A stretch of 64,000 nt of DNA from the NCBI GenBank assembly GCA_963555985.3, contig OY820591.1:2080001-2144000 (forward strand), written 5' to 3'. The position numbers and the translations under genes were made by a program. The first letter of the stretch is position 1; every line of letters begins with the position of its first letter. Source of the stretch: Dehalococcoidia bacterium. Its GTDB lineage: Bacteria; Chloroflexota; Dehalococcoidia; Bin125. The notes under the pieces were generated by a model, which saw nothing but the letters and a program-made list of their open reading frames with translations, had not been told where the DNA came from and made no database searches. Below are positions 37,895-47,250 of the stretch, piece by piece.

Positions 37895-38671
37895 ATGAGC
37901 GACCGCTTCGAAGGACAAGTAGCAATCGTGACCGGCGCAGCCGGAGGCATCGGCCGCGCGGCCTGCGCCCGTTTCGCCGCCGACGGCGCAAAAGTCGTCG
38001 CCGTCGACCTGGCCGGCTCCGACCTCGACGAAACGATCGCCGCAGTCGCCAACGCCGGCAGCGAAGCCCTCGCCGTCGAAGCCGACGTCACTCAAGGTGC
38101 TGACGCCGCACGTTATGTGAGTGAAGCAGTCGAGCGCTTCGGCCGCGTGGACGCCTTCTTCAACAACGCCGGGATCGAGGGCATTCGCTCCCCGCTCTGG
38201 GAACTGGACGAAGACAACTTCGACCGCGTGATCGCGGTCAACCTCAAAGGCGTTTGGCTTGGGATGAAATACGTCGCCCCTGCGATGCGAGAGTCCGGCG
38301 GCGGCGCAATCGTCAACACCGCCTCCGTCGCCGGCCTCAGCCCCACGCCGGGCATCATCGCCTACGGCGCGAGCAAGCACGCCGTGGTCGGCATGACCAA
38401 ATCGGCAGCGCTCGAACTCGCACCCGAGATTCGCGTCAACGCCGTCTGCCCCGGTCCCATCCAGACCCGAATGATGCGCAGCCTCGAGCGCCAGTTCGAT
38501 CCCGACAACCCCCAGGGCGTCCACGACGCCTTCGCCGCAGGCATCGCCCTCGGCCGCTACGGAGAGCCCGAAGAAGTCGCCGCCCTGGTCACCTGGCTCT
38601 GCTCGGACGACAGCCGCTACATCAACGGTGCAATGCACACGATCGACGGCGGCGGCGGTCTGCGGGGCTAA
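37895..38671 (+). CDS. SDR family oxidoreductase
   Basis: TGAAGGIG, NNAG, YGASK, IRVNAVCPG. Confidence 0.93.
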   Translation: MSDRFEGQVAIVTGAAGGIGRAACARFAADGAKVVAVDLAGSDLDETIAAVANAGSEALAVEADVTQGADAARYVSEAVERFGRVDAFFNNAGIEGIRSPLWELDEDNFDRVIAVNLKGVWLGMKYVAPAMRESGGGAIVNTASVAGLSPTPGIIAYGASKHAVVGMTKSAALELAPEIRVNAVCPGPIQTRMMRSLERQFDPDNPQGVHDAFAAGIALGRYGEPEEVAALVTWLCSDDSRYINGAMHTIDGGGGLRG

Positions 38672-38708
38672 AGGATCGGAACTGCGACGATCGGCAGTCG
38701 CAGCGTCC

Positions 38709-39764
38709 CTACTCCACCTGCCACGTCGACCGACCCCGCAGCAGTTGGGCCACGTCGGACTGGCTCTTGAACTTGGCGACCTCGATCTGGCCGTCGATGT
38801 AGTCGGAGTAGGTGGGCAACTGCACCTGGCGGATCACACCCATCGGCACCGGCATCTCCGGGTACTGGCAGCGCGCCAACAGCTGATGCACGTCGGGGCT
38901 GGGGCGGGTCGCGTCGTGAGTTAGGAGCAGGCCCGCGTCGGGGCCGTCCGAGTCAACTACGCGCAGCCCAGTCGCGCTGACCGCCAAGCCCTTGTTGCGG
39001 TTCTCGCCGAAGAGCATCGGCTGTCCGTGCTCGAGGTAGAGCAGGCGCTCGTTGCGCACGTCGCGGTCGGTGTAGGCGCGGAAGGCGCCGTCGTTGAAGA
39101 TGTTGCAGTTCTGCAAGATTTCGACGAAGGCCGCGCCCTTATGTCGGGCCGCCGCCTCAATCGTCGCGGTCAGGTGCTTGGGATCAGTGTCGAAGGTGCG
39201 AGCAACAAAGGTCGCTTCCGACGCCAACGCCACCGAGAGCGGGTTGAGTGGGCGCTCAGTCGTGCCCATCGGCGAGGACTTGGTCACCTTGGCCAGCTCG
39301 GAGGTGGGCGAGTACTGACCCTTGGTCAGGCCGTAGATGCGGTTGTTGAAGAGGAAGATCTTGACCTCGACATTGCGCCGCAGCACGTGCAGCAGATGGT
39401 TGCCGCCGATCGAGAGCGCGTCGCCGTCGCCGGTGATCACGAACACCATCAGGTCGGGGCGCGCCAGCTTGAGTCCGGTCGCGAGCGTCGGCGCGCGCCC
39501 GTGGATCGAGTGGATGCCGTAGGTGTCCATGTAGTAGGGGAAGCGTGAGGAGCAGCCGATCCCGGAGACGAAGACCATCTTCTCGGGTGCGACGTTGAGA
39601 TTGGACATCGCGCGCTGCATCTGCGCAAGCACCGAATAGTCGCCGCAGCCGGGGCACCAGCGGGTATCGACGTCCGAGGCATAGTCCTTCCGCGTCAGGG
39701 CAATCTCCGACTGCGGAATGACCGTGCCCGCCTGACTCGTGATCGGCGGCGTCTGGAGGACCAT
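38709..39764 (-). CDS. korB: 2-oxoacid:ferredoxin oxidoreductase beta subunit
   Basis: WCPGCGD, SGIGCSSR, HSIHGRA, GDGD...NN TPP motif, YGLTKGQYSPT. Confidence 0.92.
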   Translation of the reverse strand: MVLQTPPITSQAGTVIPQSEIALTRKDYASDVDTRWCPGCGDYSVLAQMQRAMSNLNVAPEKMVFVSGIGCSSRFPYYMDTYGIHSIHGRAPTLATGLKLARPDLMVFVITGDGDALSIGGNHLLHVLRRNVEVKIFLFNNRIYGLTKGQYSPTSELAKVTKSSPMGTTERPLNPLSVALASEATFVARTFDTDPKHLTATIEAAARHKGAAFVEILQNCNIFNDGAFRAYTDRDVRNERLLYLEHGQPMLFGENRNKGLAVSATGLRVVDSDGPDAGLLLTHDATRPSPDVHQLLARCQYPEMPVPMGVIRQVQLPTYSDYIDGQIEVAKFKSQSDVAQLLRGRSTWQVE

Positions 39765-39891
39765 CTCGTTCTCCCTTGATCGCTCCGCATTCCGGCGGAG
39801 CGTCTCGCGCGCGCGGCTGATCACGGGCGCGACGCGCAGGTTACAGGTTACTCCCGTAGTTCGATAGACGGCAGGTGTACAGGCGCACCGC

Positions 39892-41766
39892 CTACTCCGC
39901 AGCGATCCGGCGGATTGCGCCTTCCAACATGCGGGCCGAGAGCGGCTGGCCGGTGACCTCGTTGTAGCCCTTCGCATCGACGAGGAACTCGGCGCGAATC
40001 AGCAGGCGTAATTGACCGGTGTTGGCCTCGGGCACTAGGACCTTGCGGTAGCGCGAAAGCACGTCGCCGAGGTTGAGCGGGAACGGGTTGAGGTATTGCA
40101 AGTGCGCGTGCGCGACATCAATCCCGTCGGCGCGCGCGTCGTGCACGGCGGTGAAGACCGAGCCGTAGGTGCTGCCCCAGCTGAGCACGAGCAGATCACC
40201 CGACTCGGGGCCGTCCACCTCGACCGCCGGAATGTCGTTCGCGATCCGGCGGATCTTCTCCGCGCGGAGGTCGGTCATGCGCTGGTGGTTCTCCGGCGAG
40301 TAGGCGACATCACCGGTGATGTCGGCCTTCTCCAGACCGCCGATCCGATGCTCGTAGCCCTTCAAACCCGGCGGCACGAACATGCGCGCACCGGTCTCCG
40401 GATTCCGCGCGTAGGGCTGGAACTCTTCCGGCGGCGGTGGGAGGTGGTGGGTCGAGATGGGCGCGAGTTGCGTCACGTCAGGTACGGGCCAGGGTTCTGC
40501 CGTATTCGCCAGATACGTGTCCGACAACAGCACCACCGGGGTGACGTACTTGAACGCGATCCGCACCGCTTCCAGCACCATGTAGAAGCAGTCACCCGGA
40601 CTCTTGGCGGCGAGCACGCAGAGCGGACTTTCGCCGTTGCGTCCGAACATCACCTGCAACAGGTCGGTCTGTTCCGTCTTGGTCGGCATACCCGTAGACG
40701 GCCCGGAGCGCTGGACATCGAGCACGAGCAGCGGCAGCTCGGTCATCACGGCGAGATTGAGCGCTTCGCTCTTCAGCGCGATCCCGGGACCGCTGGTGCC
40801 GGTCACGCCCAGCCCGCCGCCGTAGGCGGCGCCGATCGCCGAACCGATCGCGGAAATCTCGTCTTCCGCCTGGAAGGTGCGGACGCCGTACTCGCGCAGC
40901 GCGGCCAGTTCGACCAGCACATCGGAGGCGGGCGTAATCGGATAGGAGCCGTAGAACAGCTCCAGGTCGGTCAGGTGCGAGGCCGTGATCAGACCCAGCA
41001 CGAGCGCCTGGTTGCCGGTGATCGTGCGGTACTCGCCGGGCGTGAGCACGGCCGGGGGCACACGAACGTGCGCATCGGCGACCTCGATCGTCTCGCCGTA
41101 AGCGTGGCCGGCGTGCAAGGCGCGGACGTTGGCCTCGGCCACCGCCGGGAGGCGTCCGAAGCGCTGCTGAATCCAGTCCAGCGTCGGCTGGAGGTCGCGG
41201 TCGTAGAGCCAGTAGACCAGGCCCAGCGCGAAGAAGTTCTTGGTGCGCTCCGCGTTCTGCGTAGAGAGCCCCAAGTCTTCGACCGCTGCGACGGCTGAGG
41301 TCGTGATCGGCGCTTTGATGATCCGGTAACCCTCCAGCGAGCCGTCGTTCAGCGGGTTGCTGGGATAACCCGCCTTCTTCAGGTTGCCGGGCGTGAACGC
41401 ATCCTGGTTCACGACCAAGAGGCCACCTTTGGTCAGCGCTGAGAGGTGGGACTTGAGCGCGGCGGGATTCATCGCCACAAGCGTGTCCGGCTCGTCGCCC
41501 GGGGTGAAAATCTGATACTTCGAGAACGAGATCTGGAACGAACTGACGCCGGCCAACGATCCCGCAGGCGCGCGAATCTCGGCGGGGAAGTCCGGCAGGG
41601 TGGAGAAGTCGTTACCGAAGATCGCGGTCGCGTCGGCGAAGCGGTTGCCCGCCAACTGCATCCCGTCGCCGGAGTCGCCCGCAAAGCGGACGGTGACGCG
41701 CTCGCGCTCCTGGATCGGCGTGTTGGTGTTGCCCGATCCGTTCGCCTGCGTTGAAGTGGTGGTCAT
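39892..41766 (-). CDS. korA: 2-oxoacid:ferredoxin oxidoreductase alpha subunit
   Basis: FAGDSGDGMQL, YPITPASD, QAEDEI, TSGPG, QRSGPSTGMPTK. Confidence 0.92.
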   Translation of the reverse strand: MTTTSTQANGSGNTNTPIQERERVTVRFAGDSGDGMQLAGNRFADATAIFGNDFSTLPDFPAEIRAPAGSLAGVSSFQISFSKYQIFTPGDEPDTLVAMNPAALKSHLSALTKGGLLVVNQDAFTPGNLKKAGYPSNPLNDGSLEGYRIIKAPITTSAVAAVEDLGLSTQNAERTKNFFALGLVYWLYDRDLQPTLDWIQQRFGRLPAVAEANVRALHAGHAYGETIEVADAHVRVPPAVLTPGEYRTITGNQALVLGLITASHLTDLELFYGSYPITPASDVLVELAALREYGVRTFQAEDEISAIGSAIGAAYGGGLGVTGTSGPGIALKSEALNLAVMTELPLLVLDVQRSGPSTGMPTKTEQTDLLQVMFGRNGESPLCVLAAKSPGDCFYMVLEAVRIAFKYVTPVVLLSDTYLANTAEPWPVPDVTQLAPISTHHLPPPPEEFQPYARNPETGARMFVPPGLKGYEHRIGGLEKADITGDVAYSPENHQRMTDLRAEKIRRIANDIPAVEVDGPESGDLLVLSWGSTYGSVFTAVHDARADGIDVAHAHLQYLNPFPLNLGDVLSRYRKVLVPEANTGQLRLLIRAEFLVDAKGYNEVTGQPLSARMLEGAIRRIAAE

Positions 41767-42161
41767 CGCTCAACGGCCTCCGCGGACGGCGCGGGCATGG
41801 GCGCGCCGCCCAGACTATCGGGGAAGGAACCTCCGAGCGTGCGCACCCGGAACGAATCCTGCGCACACGATAGACCGGTGCAGCGCAGGATACGCAATAC
41901 CGAAGTGAACACTGTTGGAACGAGGGGAAATCGCGCCACGCGGGCTGAGCATTCGGTTACCCCTGGTACATCCCCGTCAAGTAGAACGCTACGCCCAAAG
42001 GCTCACTCTCCGCAAGTCGTTTCGCAAAGGCGAATGAAAAACGGATGTCGCGTGGCGAACAACGGCGGGCCGCTGCTCGCTTCGCTTCAGAGGGCGGCTG
42101 TGGCAGCCGAGGCACCCGCTGGCAGATGTACGAGAGCGGGCGCCTCAGCTGGCCATCCGGG

Positions 42162-43766
42162 TCAGCCGCCGCCGTCCTCTGTGCCGTCGCCGTCTGCGTC
42201 GTCGGCATTGTCCAGATAGCGGTCCTGGATTTCCTGCGGGATGAGCGCATTCGTCACTTTCCGCATCTGTTCAGCGTCGGCGATCTGGGGGTCGATGAGC
42301 AGGGTCATGCCATTGAAGAGGGTGACGGGGTCCAGCCTCAAGCGATCGATCAGCAACGCGCCCATCACGCCCAGGTAGGTCTGGACGAGTGGGTGGTCGT
42401 AGATGGCGAACATGATTTTTCCTTCTTCGACCCACTTGGCAAAGCCGAGGTTGAAGCCGAACGTGGCGAGCGGGACCTCGGGGTTGGGCCATTGGGCGAA
42501 GAGGATGCTGAGGCCGACGGAATCGGAGAGAGCCATCACAGCCGCAATGTCCCCCTGGGCTGTGCGTTCGAGCAAGGCGTCGGCGGCGTCAGCGCCTTCG
42601 TAGTTCCAGGTTTGGACGCTGCCGTTGGCATAGGTCGCGGCGAGGCCTTCGCAGCGCTCGTGGAGGCCGACATTGTTGGGCTCGTGGATGAGGCAGAGGA
42701 TGTCGCCCTGGGCGCCTTCCTTGTTGAACTGCTCACCGGCGATTTCACCCGCGCGGCGGTCGTTGAGGCCGATGTGGAAGCTGGTCCCGACCTCGGCTGC
42801 GGCCTCCGCACCGGAGTTGAAGGACATGACCGGAATACCGGCGGCTGCGGCTTCGGCAATGGCGGGGGCGAGCTCGTCCGGCGAGACCAGGGTGGTGGCG
42901 ATGGAGACTGCACCGTCTTCGACGCACTGCTGGATGGCTTCGGCCTGGTCCGCCACATCGCCGAACGCCTCCGCGCGCAAGTTGATGCCGAGTGTGGCGG
43001 CAGCGGTGACGGCCGTGTCGGCAGCCACGCCCCAGAAGAGATCTTCGCCGCCGTGGCTGACCACGCAGAACAGGTCGTCGCCAGCGGGCAATTGTGGATC
43101 GAGGACTTCGAACCAGTAGTGCACCCAGGTCCAACCGAGATCGGGGTTGTTGAGCAGGATGTTGTCACGGGCGAAGACCGCCGTCTCGACCACTGCGTTC
43201 GAGGTCGCCATGATCTGCGAGATTTCGCCGGCCAGGAGGCGGCGCTCGACTTCATCGGCGACGGCGTTGTAGTCATCCGTCTCGATCACATCAACACCGG
43301 TGGGGAAGGTCTCGCCGATGCCATCGCACAAGGCGCGCAGCGCGGCCTCATTGGAGTCGACCAGGCAGAGGACGGGCGCGAGCGTCTCGGGGTCGTCCTC
43401 GGCGTGGAAGTGCTCGACAAAGTAGTCGCCCATCTGCCGGCCTGTTTCAGTGAGTTGGGTGCGATACTCGTCGGCGATGCGTTCGGCTCGGGTGGCGAGG
43501 TCGAGCATGATCGACGAGCTGTACCTCACCTCTCCTGAATCGGCGTCGGGGGCGAGGAAGCGCCGCTGCGGTTTCTGCGTCTCGCCCCACTCGCCATCGT
43601 CGCCGCGCTGCTGCAAGCCGATTTCGACGCGGCCGTCATCGAGCCGCTCGACGGAGACGCGGACCTCCAGGGTTTCGTCTTCGCCTCCGTGTCCCGCGGC
43701 CCAAATGCCTCCCAAGGCAGCTGCGCCGATGAGCGCTCCGAGGCCGAGCAAAATCAGTGTGCGCAT
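42162..43766 (-). CDS. Sugar-type (PBP1) substrate-binding-like protein with extra N-terminal domains, paralogue 1
   Basis: N-terminal anchor, DGRVEIGLQQ..W..RFL module, DLFWG, AGIPVMSFNSG, HEPNNVGLHERC. Confidence 0.8.
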   Translation of the reverse strand: MRTLILLGLGALIGAAALGGIWAAGHGGEDETLEVRVSVERLDDGRVEIGLQQRGDDGEWGETQKPQRRFLAPDADSGEVRYSSSIMLDLATRAERIADEYRTQLTETGRQMGDYFVEHFHAEDDPETLAPVLCLVDSNEAALRALCDGIGETFPTGVDVIETDDYNAVADEVERRLLAGEISQIMATSNAVVETAVFARDNILLNNPDLGWTWVHYWFEVLDPQLPAGDDLFCVVSHGGEDLFWGVAADTAVTAAATLGINLRAEAFGDVADQAEAIQQCVEDGAVSIATTLVSPDELAPAIAEAAAAGIPVMSFNSGAEAAAEVGTSFHIGLNDRRAGEIAGEQFNKEGAQGDILCLIHEPNNVGLHERCEGLAATYANGSVQTWNYEGADAADALLERTAQGDIAAVMALSDSVGLSILFAQWPNPEVPLATFGFNLGFAKWVEEGKIMFAIYDHPLVQTYLGVMGALLIDRLRLDPVTLFNGMTLLIDPQIADAEQMRKVTNALIPQEIQDRYLDNADDADGDGTEDGGG

Positions 43767-43998
43767 TCCGATCGGTCCTTCCTGTGTGTGGTCGTGACCT
43801 CTGCTGGCTGTGTTGGCGAGTCAGTAGGTGACGCGAACATCGTTGCGAAGCCTCCGCTGGCGGGCGTCGCAGTGAAGATCACTCCTCCGCGTCCAGAAGA
43901 GACCGTCGCCAAAGTGCATAGACCCGGGCTAGAGCGTTCGAGGGCACGGGGAAGACGCTCGGAAAGCGCTTCCCCGTGCCTTCCCGTGATCACGTCGG

Positions 43999-45552
43999 TT
44001 ACTCGGTGAACATCGTGTCCACCAGTGCCTGCATGTACTCCGCGTCGGCGATTTGAGGTGCGATGAGGAGAGACATGCCGTTGAAATAGGCCACCGGGTC
44101 GAGCCGCCAGCGTTCGGCGATGACCGAGGCGACGGCAGAGAGGTAGGTCTGCATCTCAGGGTGGTCGATGATCGTGAACATCACCGAGCCATCCAAGATG
44201 GAGCGGGCCAGGCCGACGCTGAAGCCGAAGGCTCCGATTTCCAGCTCGGCCTCGCTGTAGTAGCGGGCCACGCGAGCCTCCCAGGTGCTGTCGACGGAGA
44301 GCGTCAGGACGGCGCTGAGATCGCCTTCGGCCATGCGCGCGGTGAGCTCGTCCACGGACGCGGCCGGGTCCTCGGCGGACCAGCGCTCGACGGTGCCGTT
44401 GTAGGTTTCCTCGAGGCCCATGCAGCGGTGGTGCAGACCGACGTTGTTCGGCTCGTGAATGATGCAGAGGACCGTGCCGTCGAGCTCGCGCTGGTTGAAT
44501 TCCTCGCCAGCCATGCGGCCGGCCTCACGGTCGTCCAGCGCGATGTGCAGCGCGGTACCGGTCTCGGCCGCTACGTAGGCGCCGGAGTTGAAGCTGACCA
44601 CCGGGATGTCGGCCTCCAGCGCCTCGCCGATCGCGGGCGAGAGCGCGTCCGGCTCGACCAGGGTAGTGGCGATCACGGCGGCGTCGTTGGCGATGCACTC
44701 GCGGATCGCGGCGGCCTGGTCGGCGGCGTTCGGGTGGGCGCTGAAGTCGATGCTGACGCCGAGCTGTCCGGCGGCGGCAGTACTGACTTCCGAAGCGAGA
44801 CCCCAGAACAGGTCGCCTTCTTCTTCCTCCGCGATCACATGTCCGCTGTGCGAGATCTGGCAGAACGGCGCGTCGCTGGCGGCCGGGTGCTGGTCGACCA
44901 GTTCGATCCAGTAGATCCAGGGCAGCCACTGTCCGGTCGCTTCCTCAACCTCGAGACCGAGCAGCGTGGTCTGGACGCTGGTCGTGAAGACGGCGGCGGG
45001 CGGCGCGTCGGTGAAGCGGGCAGTGAGCTCTTCGCGCAGGGCGTCGTAGTCGGACGCTTCGAGCTGCTCGACCTCGCCAGCGTAAGTGTGCGCAGCGCCC
45101 TCGCAGAGTGCGCCGACGCCGGGGTCGTTGGCGTCGACCACGCAGAGCAGGACGCCGAGTTCGGCTGCGCTCTCCGCGCCTTCCTCAGCTTCTCCGCTTT
45201 CGCTGAGGTAGTCGGTGAAGATCTGGCCGATGTCTTCGCCCTGATCGAATAGGTAGTCGCGGTAGTCGCTCGCCGCTCGCTCCTGCTGCGTCTCAACCGG
45301 AATCACGACCTCAGAACTGTGGTACCGCGTGCCCGTTTCGGCATCGGATGGCAGGAAGCGCGCCTCCGGATGCGCTAGTTCTTGCCACGCGCCGTCTGCG
45401 CCTTGTTGTTGCAAGCTCACCTCAACCCGCCCGTCATCATGACGGGTCAAGGTGGCGCGAACGGTGACGTCACCGTGGTGCGCGGACAGTACCGCGCCCA
45501 GCGCCGCCGCGCCGATCAGGATTCCCGCAACGAGGATCAAGATTGACTTCAC
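43999..45552 (-). CDS. PBP1 substrate-binding-like protein, paralogue 2
   Basis: Same architecture: DGRVEVSLQQ, DLFWG, IPVVSFNSG, HEPNNVGLHHRC; GTG with RBS GGAGG. Confidence 0.8.
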   Translation of the reverse strand: MKSILILVAGILIGAAALGAVLSAHHGDVTVRATLTRHDDGRVEVSLQQQGADGAWQELAHPEARFLPSDAETGTRYHSSEVVIPVETQQERAASDYRDYLFDQGEDIGQIFTDYLSESGEAEEGAESAAELGVLLCVVDANDPGVGALCEGAAHTYAGEVEQLEASDYDALREELTARFTDAPPAAVFTTSVQTTLLGLEVEEATGQWLPWIYWIELVDQHPAASDAPFCQISHSGHVIAEEEEGDLFWGLASEVSTAAAGQLGVSIDFSAHPNAADQAAAIRECIANDAAVIATTLVEPDALSPAIGEALEADIPVVSFNSGAYVAAETGTALHIALDDREAGRMAGEEFNQRELDGTVLCIIHEPNNVGLHHRCMGLEETYNGTVERWSAEDPAASVDELTARMAEGDLSAVLTLSVDSTWEARVARYYSEAELEIGAFGFSVGLARSILDGSVMFTIIDHPEMQTYLSAVASVIAERWRLDPVAYFNGMSLLIAPQIADAEYMQALVDTMFTE

Positions 45553-45574
45553 GGCAAACCTCCAAGTGAAATCC

Positions 45575-45604
45575 AGCCTCGACGCCCGCGCGGGCGTCGA
45601 GGCT
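45575..45604. repeat. Perfect 30-bp palindrome
   Basis: AGCCTCGACGCCCGCGCGGGCGTCGAGGCT equals its own reverse complement. Confidence 0.85.
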
Positions 45605-45630
45605 TAGGGGCGTGTTGGGCAGCGCACATG

Positions 45631-47175
45631 CTACTCCGCGTACATCGAGTCGACGACCCGCTGCATGTACTCCGCGTCCGCGATCTGGGGGCGGATCAGC
45701 AGCGACGCGCCGTCGAAGTAGGTCACCGGGTCCAGCCGCCAGCGCTCGGCCATGACCGCCGCGACGGTCGACATGTAGGCCTGCAGCTCCGGATGGTCGA
45801 GGATCGTGAACATGACCGAACCGTCGAGTACGCCGCGAGCTAGCCCGACGCTGAAGCCGAATCCGGCGACCGGCACAATCTCGCCCCGACGCCAGTTGAC
45901 AACCCGCGCGTCCCACGCGCTGTGCACGGAGAGCGTGAGCATCGCGCTCACGTCTTCCTCGTCCAGTCGCTCCCTCAGCTCAGAGCGCACCCGAGCCGGG
46001 TTCTCTGCCGACCAGCGCTCGACATCGCCCTGATAGGTCTCCTCAAAGCCGTCGCAACGTTCGTGCAGTCCGACGTTGTCCGGTTCGTGCAGAATGCAAA
46101 GCGCCGTGCCCTCGATGTCGCGACGATTGAACTCTTCGCCGGCGATGCGGCCCGCCTCATGATCATCGAGCGCGATGTGCAGCGCCGTGCCGATTTCATC
46201 CGCGGCCACTACGCCGGAGTTGAACGAGACCACCGGGATGTCGGCGGCGAGCGCCTCGTCAATGGCCGGAGCAAGCTCGTCAGGCTCGACCAGCGTGGTC
46301 GCGATCGTGGCCGCGCCACTGTTCACGCACTCGCGGATGGCCGCCGCTTGATCGGCGACGTTGCTGTGCGCGCTGAAATCAACGTTGACTCCGAGTTGCG
46401 CCGCCGCCGCAGTGCTGACCTCGGCCGAGAGACCCCAGAAGAAGTCGTCCTCGTCCTCGATCACCGTGCCGCTGTGGGTGATCTGGCAGAACTGCGCATC
46501 GGCAGACGCCAGGTGCTGATCGAGCAACTCGATCCAGTACGTCAGTCGCGGCCGGTAACGGGCCTTATCCCGGACCTCGAGCGCGAGCATGGTGGTCGGC
46601 ACGCTGGTCGTCAGCATGGCGACCGGCGCCTGCACGGCCATCCGCGCGCGCAGCTCCGCGCGCAAGTCGTCCCAATCGTCATGTTTGACGCGCACGACCG
46701 GTCCGCGATACACGGATTCGACTCCATCGCAGAGCGCCTCGACCCCCTGGTCGTCCGGATCGATCACGCACAGGAAGCGACCTGGTTCGAGTTCGGGATA
46801 GTTGGAGTCGGTGAAGCGATCGTTGTATCGCGCGGCGATGCGGGCGCCGGCGGTGACGAGGTAGTCGTAGTACGCGCTGGTAGTGCGCTCCTCGTGCGTT
46901 TCCACCTCAACGGCGACCTCGATAGTAAGCGCGTCGGTCTCGAGCGTCTCGCCGACATCGGCGCCGGCCGCCAAGAAGCGGTTCTCGGGCCGCTGCGTCT
47001 CGCCCCAGACACCATCGCCGTCGAGTTGCTGCAATCCGACTTCAACACGGCCGTCTTTGAGACGCTCGGCGGTGATCCGCACGTCCGTCGTGCCGATCTG
47101 GGTGGCGGCCCAGATCGCGCCCAGCGTCGCGGCGCCGATCAGGAAACCAAAGCCGATCAGGATCAGGGAACGCAT
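45631..47175 (-). CDS. PBP1 substrate-binding-like protein, paralogue 3
   Basis: DGRVEVGLQQ, DFFWG, IPVVSFNSG, HEPDNVGLHERC; RBS AAGGA. Confidence 0.8.
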   Translation of the reverse strand: MRSLILIGFGFLIGAATLGAIWAATQIGTTDVRITAERLKDGRVEVGLQQLDGDGVWGETQRPENRFLAAGADVGETLETDALTIEVAVEVETHEERTTSAYYDYLVTAGARIAARYNDRFTDSNYPELEPGRFLCVIDPDDQGVEALCDGVESVYRGPVVRVKHDDWDDLRAELRARMAVQAPVAMLTTSVPTTMLALEVRDKARYRPRLTYWIELLDQHLASADAQFCQITHSGTVIEDEDDFFWGLSAEVSTAAAAQLGVNVDFSAHSNVADQAAAIRECVNSGAATIATTLVEPDELAPAIDEALAADIPVVSFNSGVVAADEIGTALHIALDDHEAGRIAGEEFNRRDIEGTALCILHEPDNVGLHERCDGFEETYQGDVERWSAENPARVRSELRERLDEEDVSAMLTLSVHSAWDARVVNWRRGEIVPVAGFGFSVGLARGVLDGSVMFTILDHPELQAYMSTVAAVMAERWRLDPVTYFDGASLLIRPQIADAEYMQRVVDSMYAE

Positions 47176-47250
47176 AATTCCGTCCTTTCGCGTCGAACGA
47201 TATCGCTGTCGTTCTAGCATCCACTCCCGGTAGGGGGAGCCGGGAGCCAG

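Noticed and set aside
43767-43998. Riboswitch upstream of SBP paralogue 1 (also considered 41767-42161)
   Set aside because: Only a generic hairpin is visible; no recognisable aptamer consensus. An Rfam/Infernal scan would settle it.
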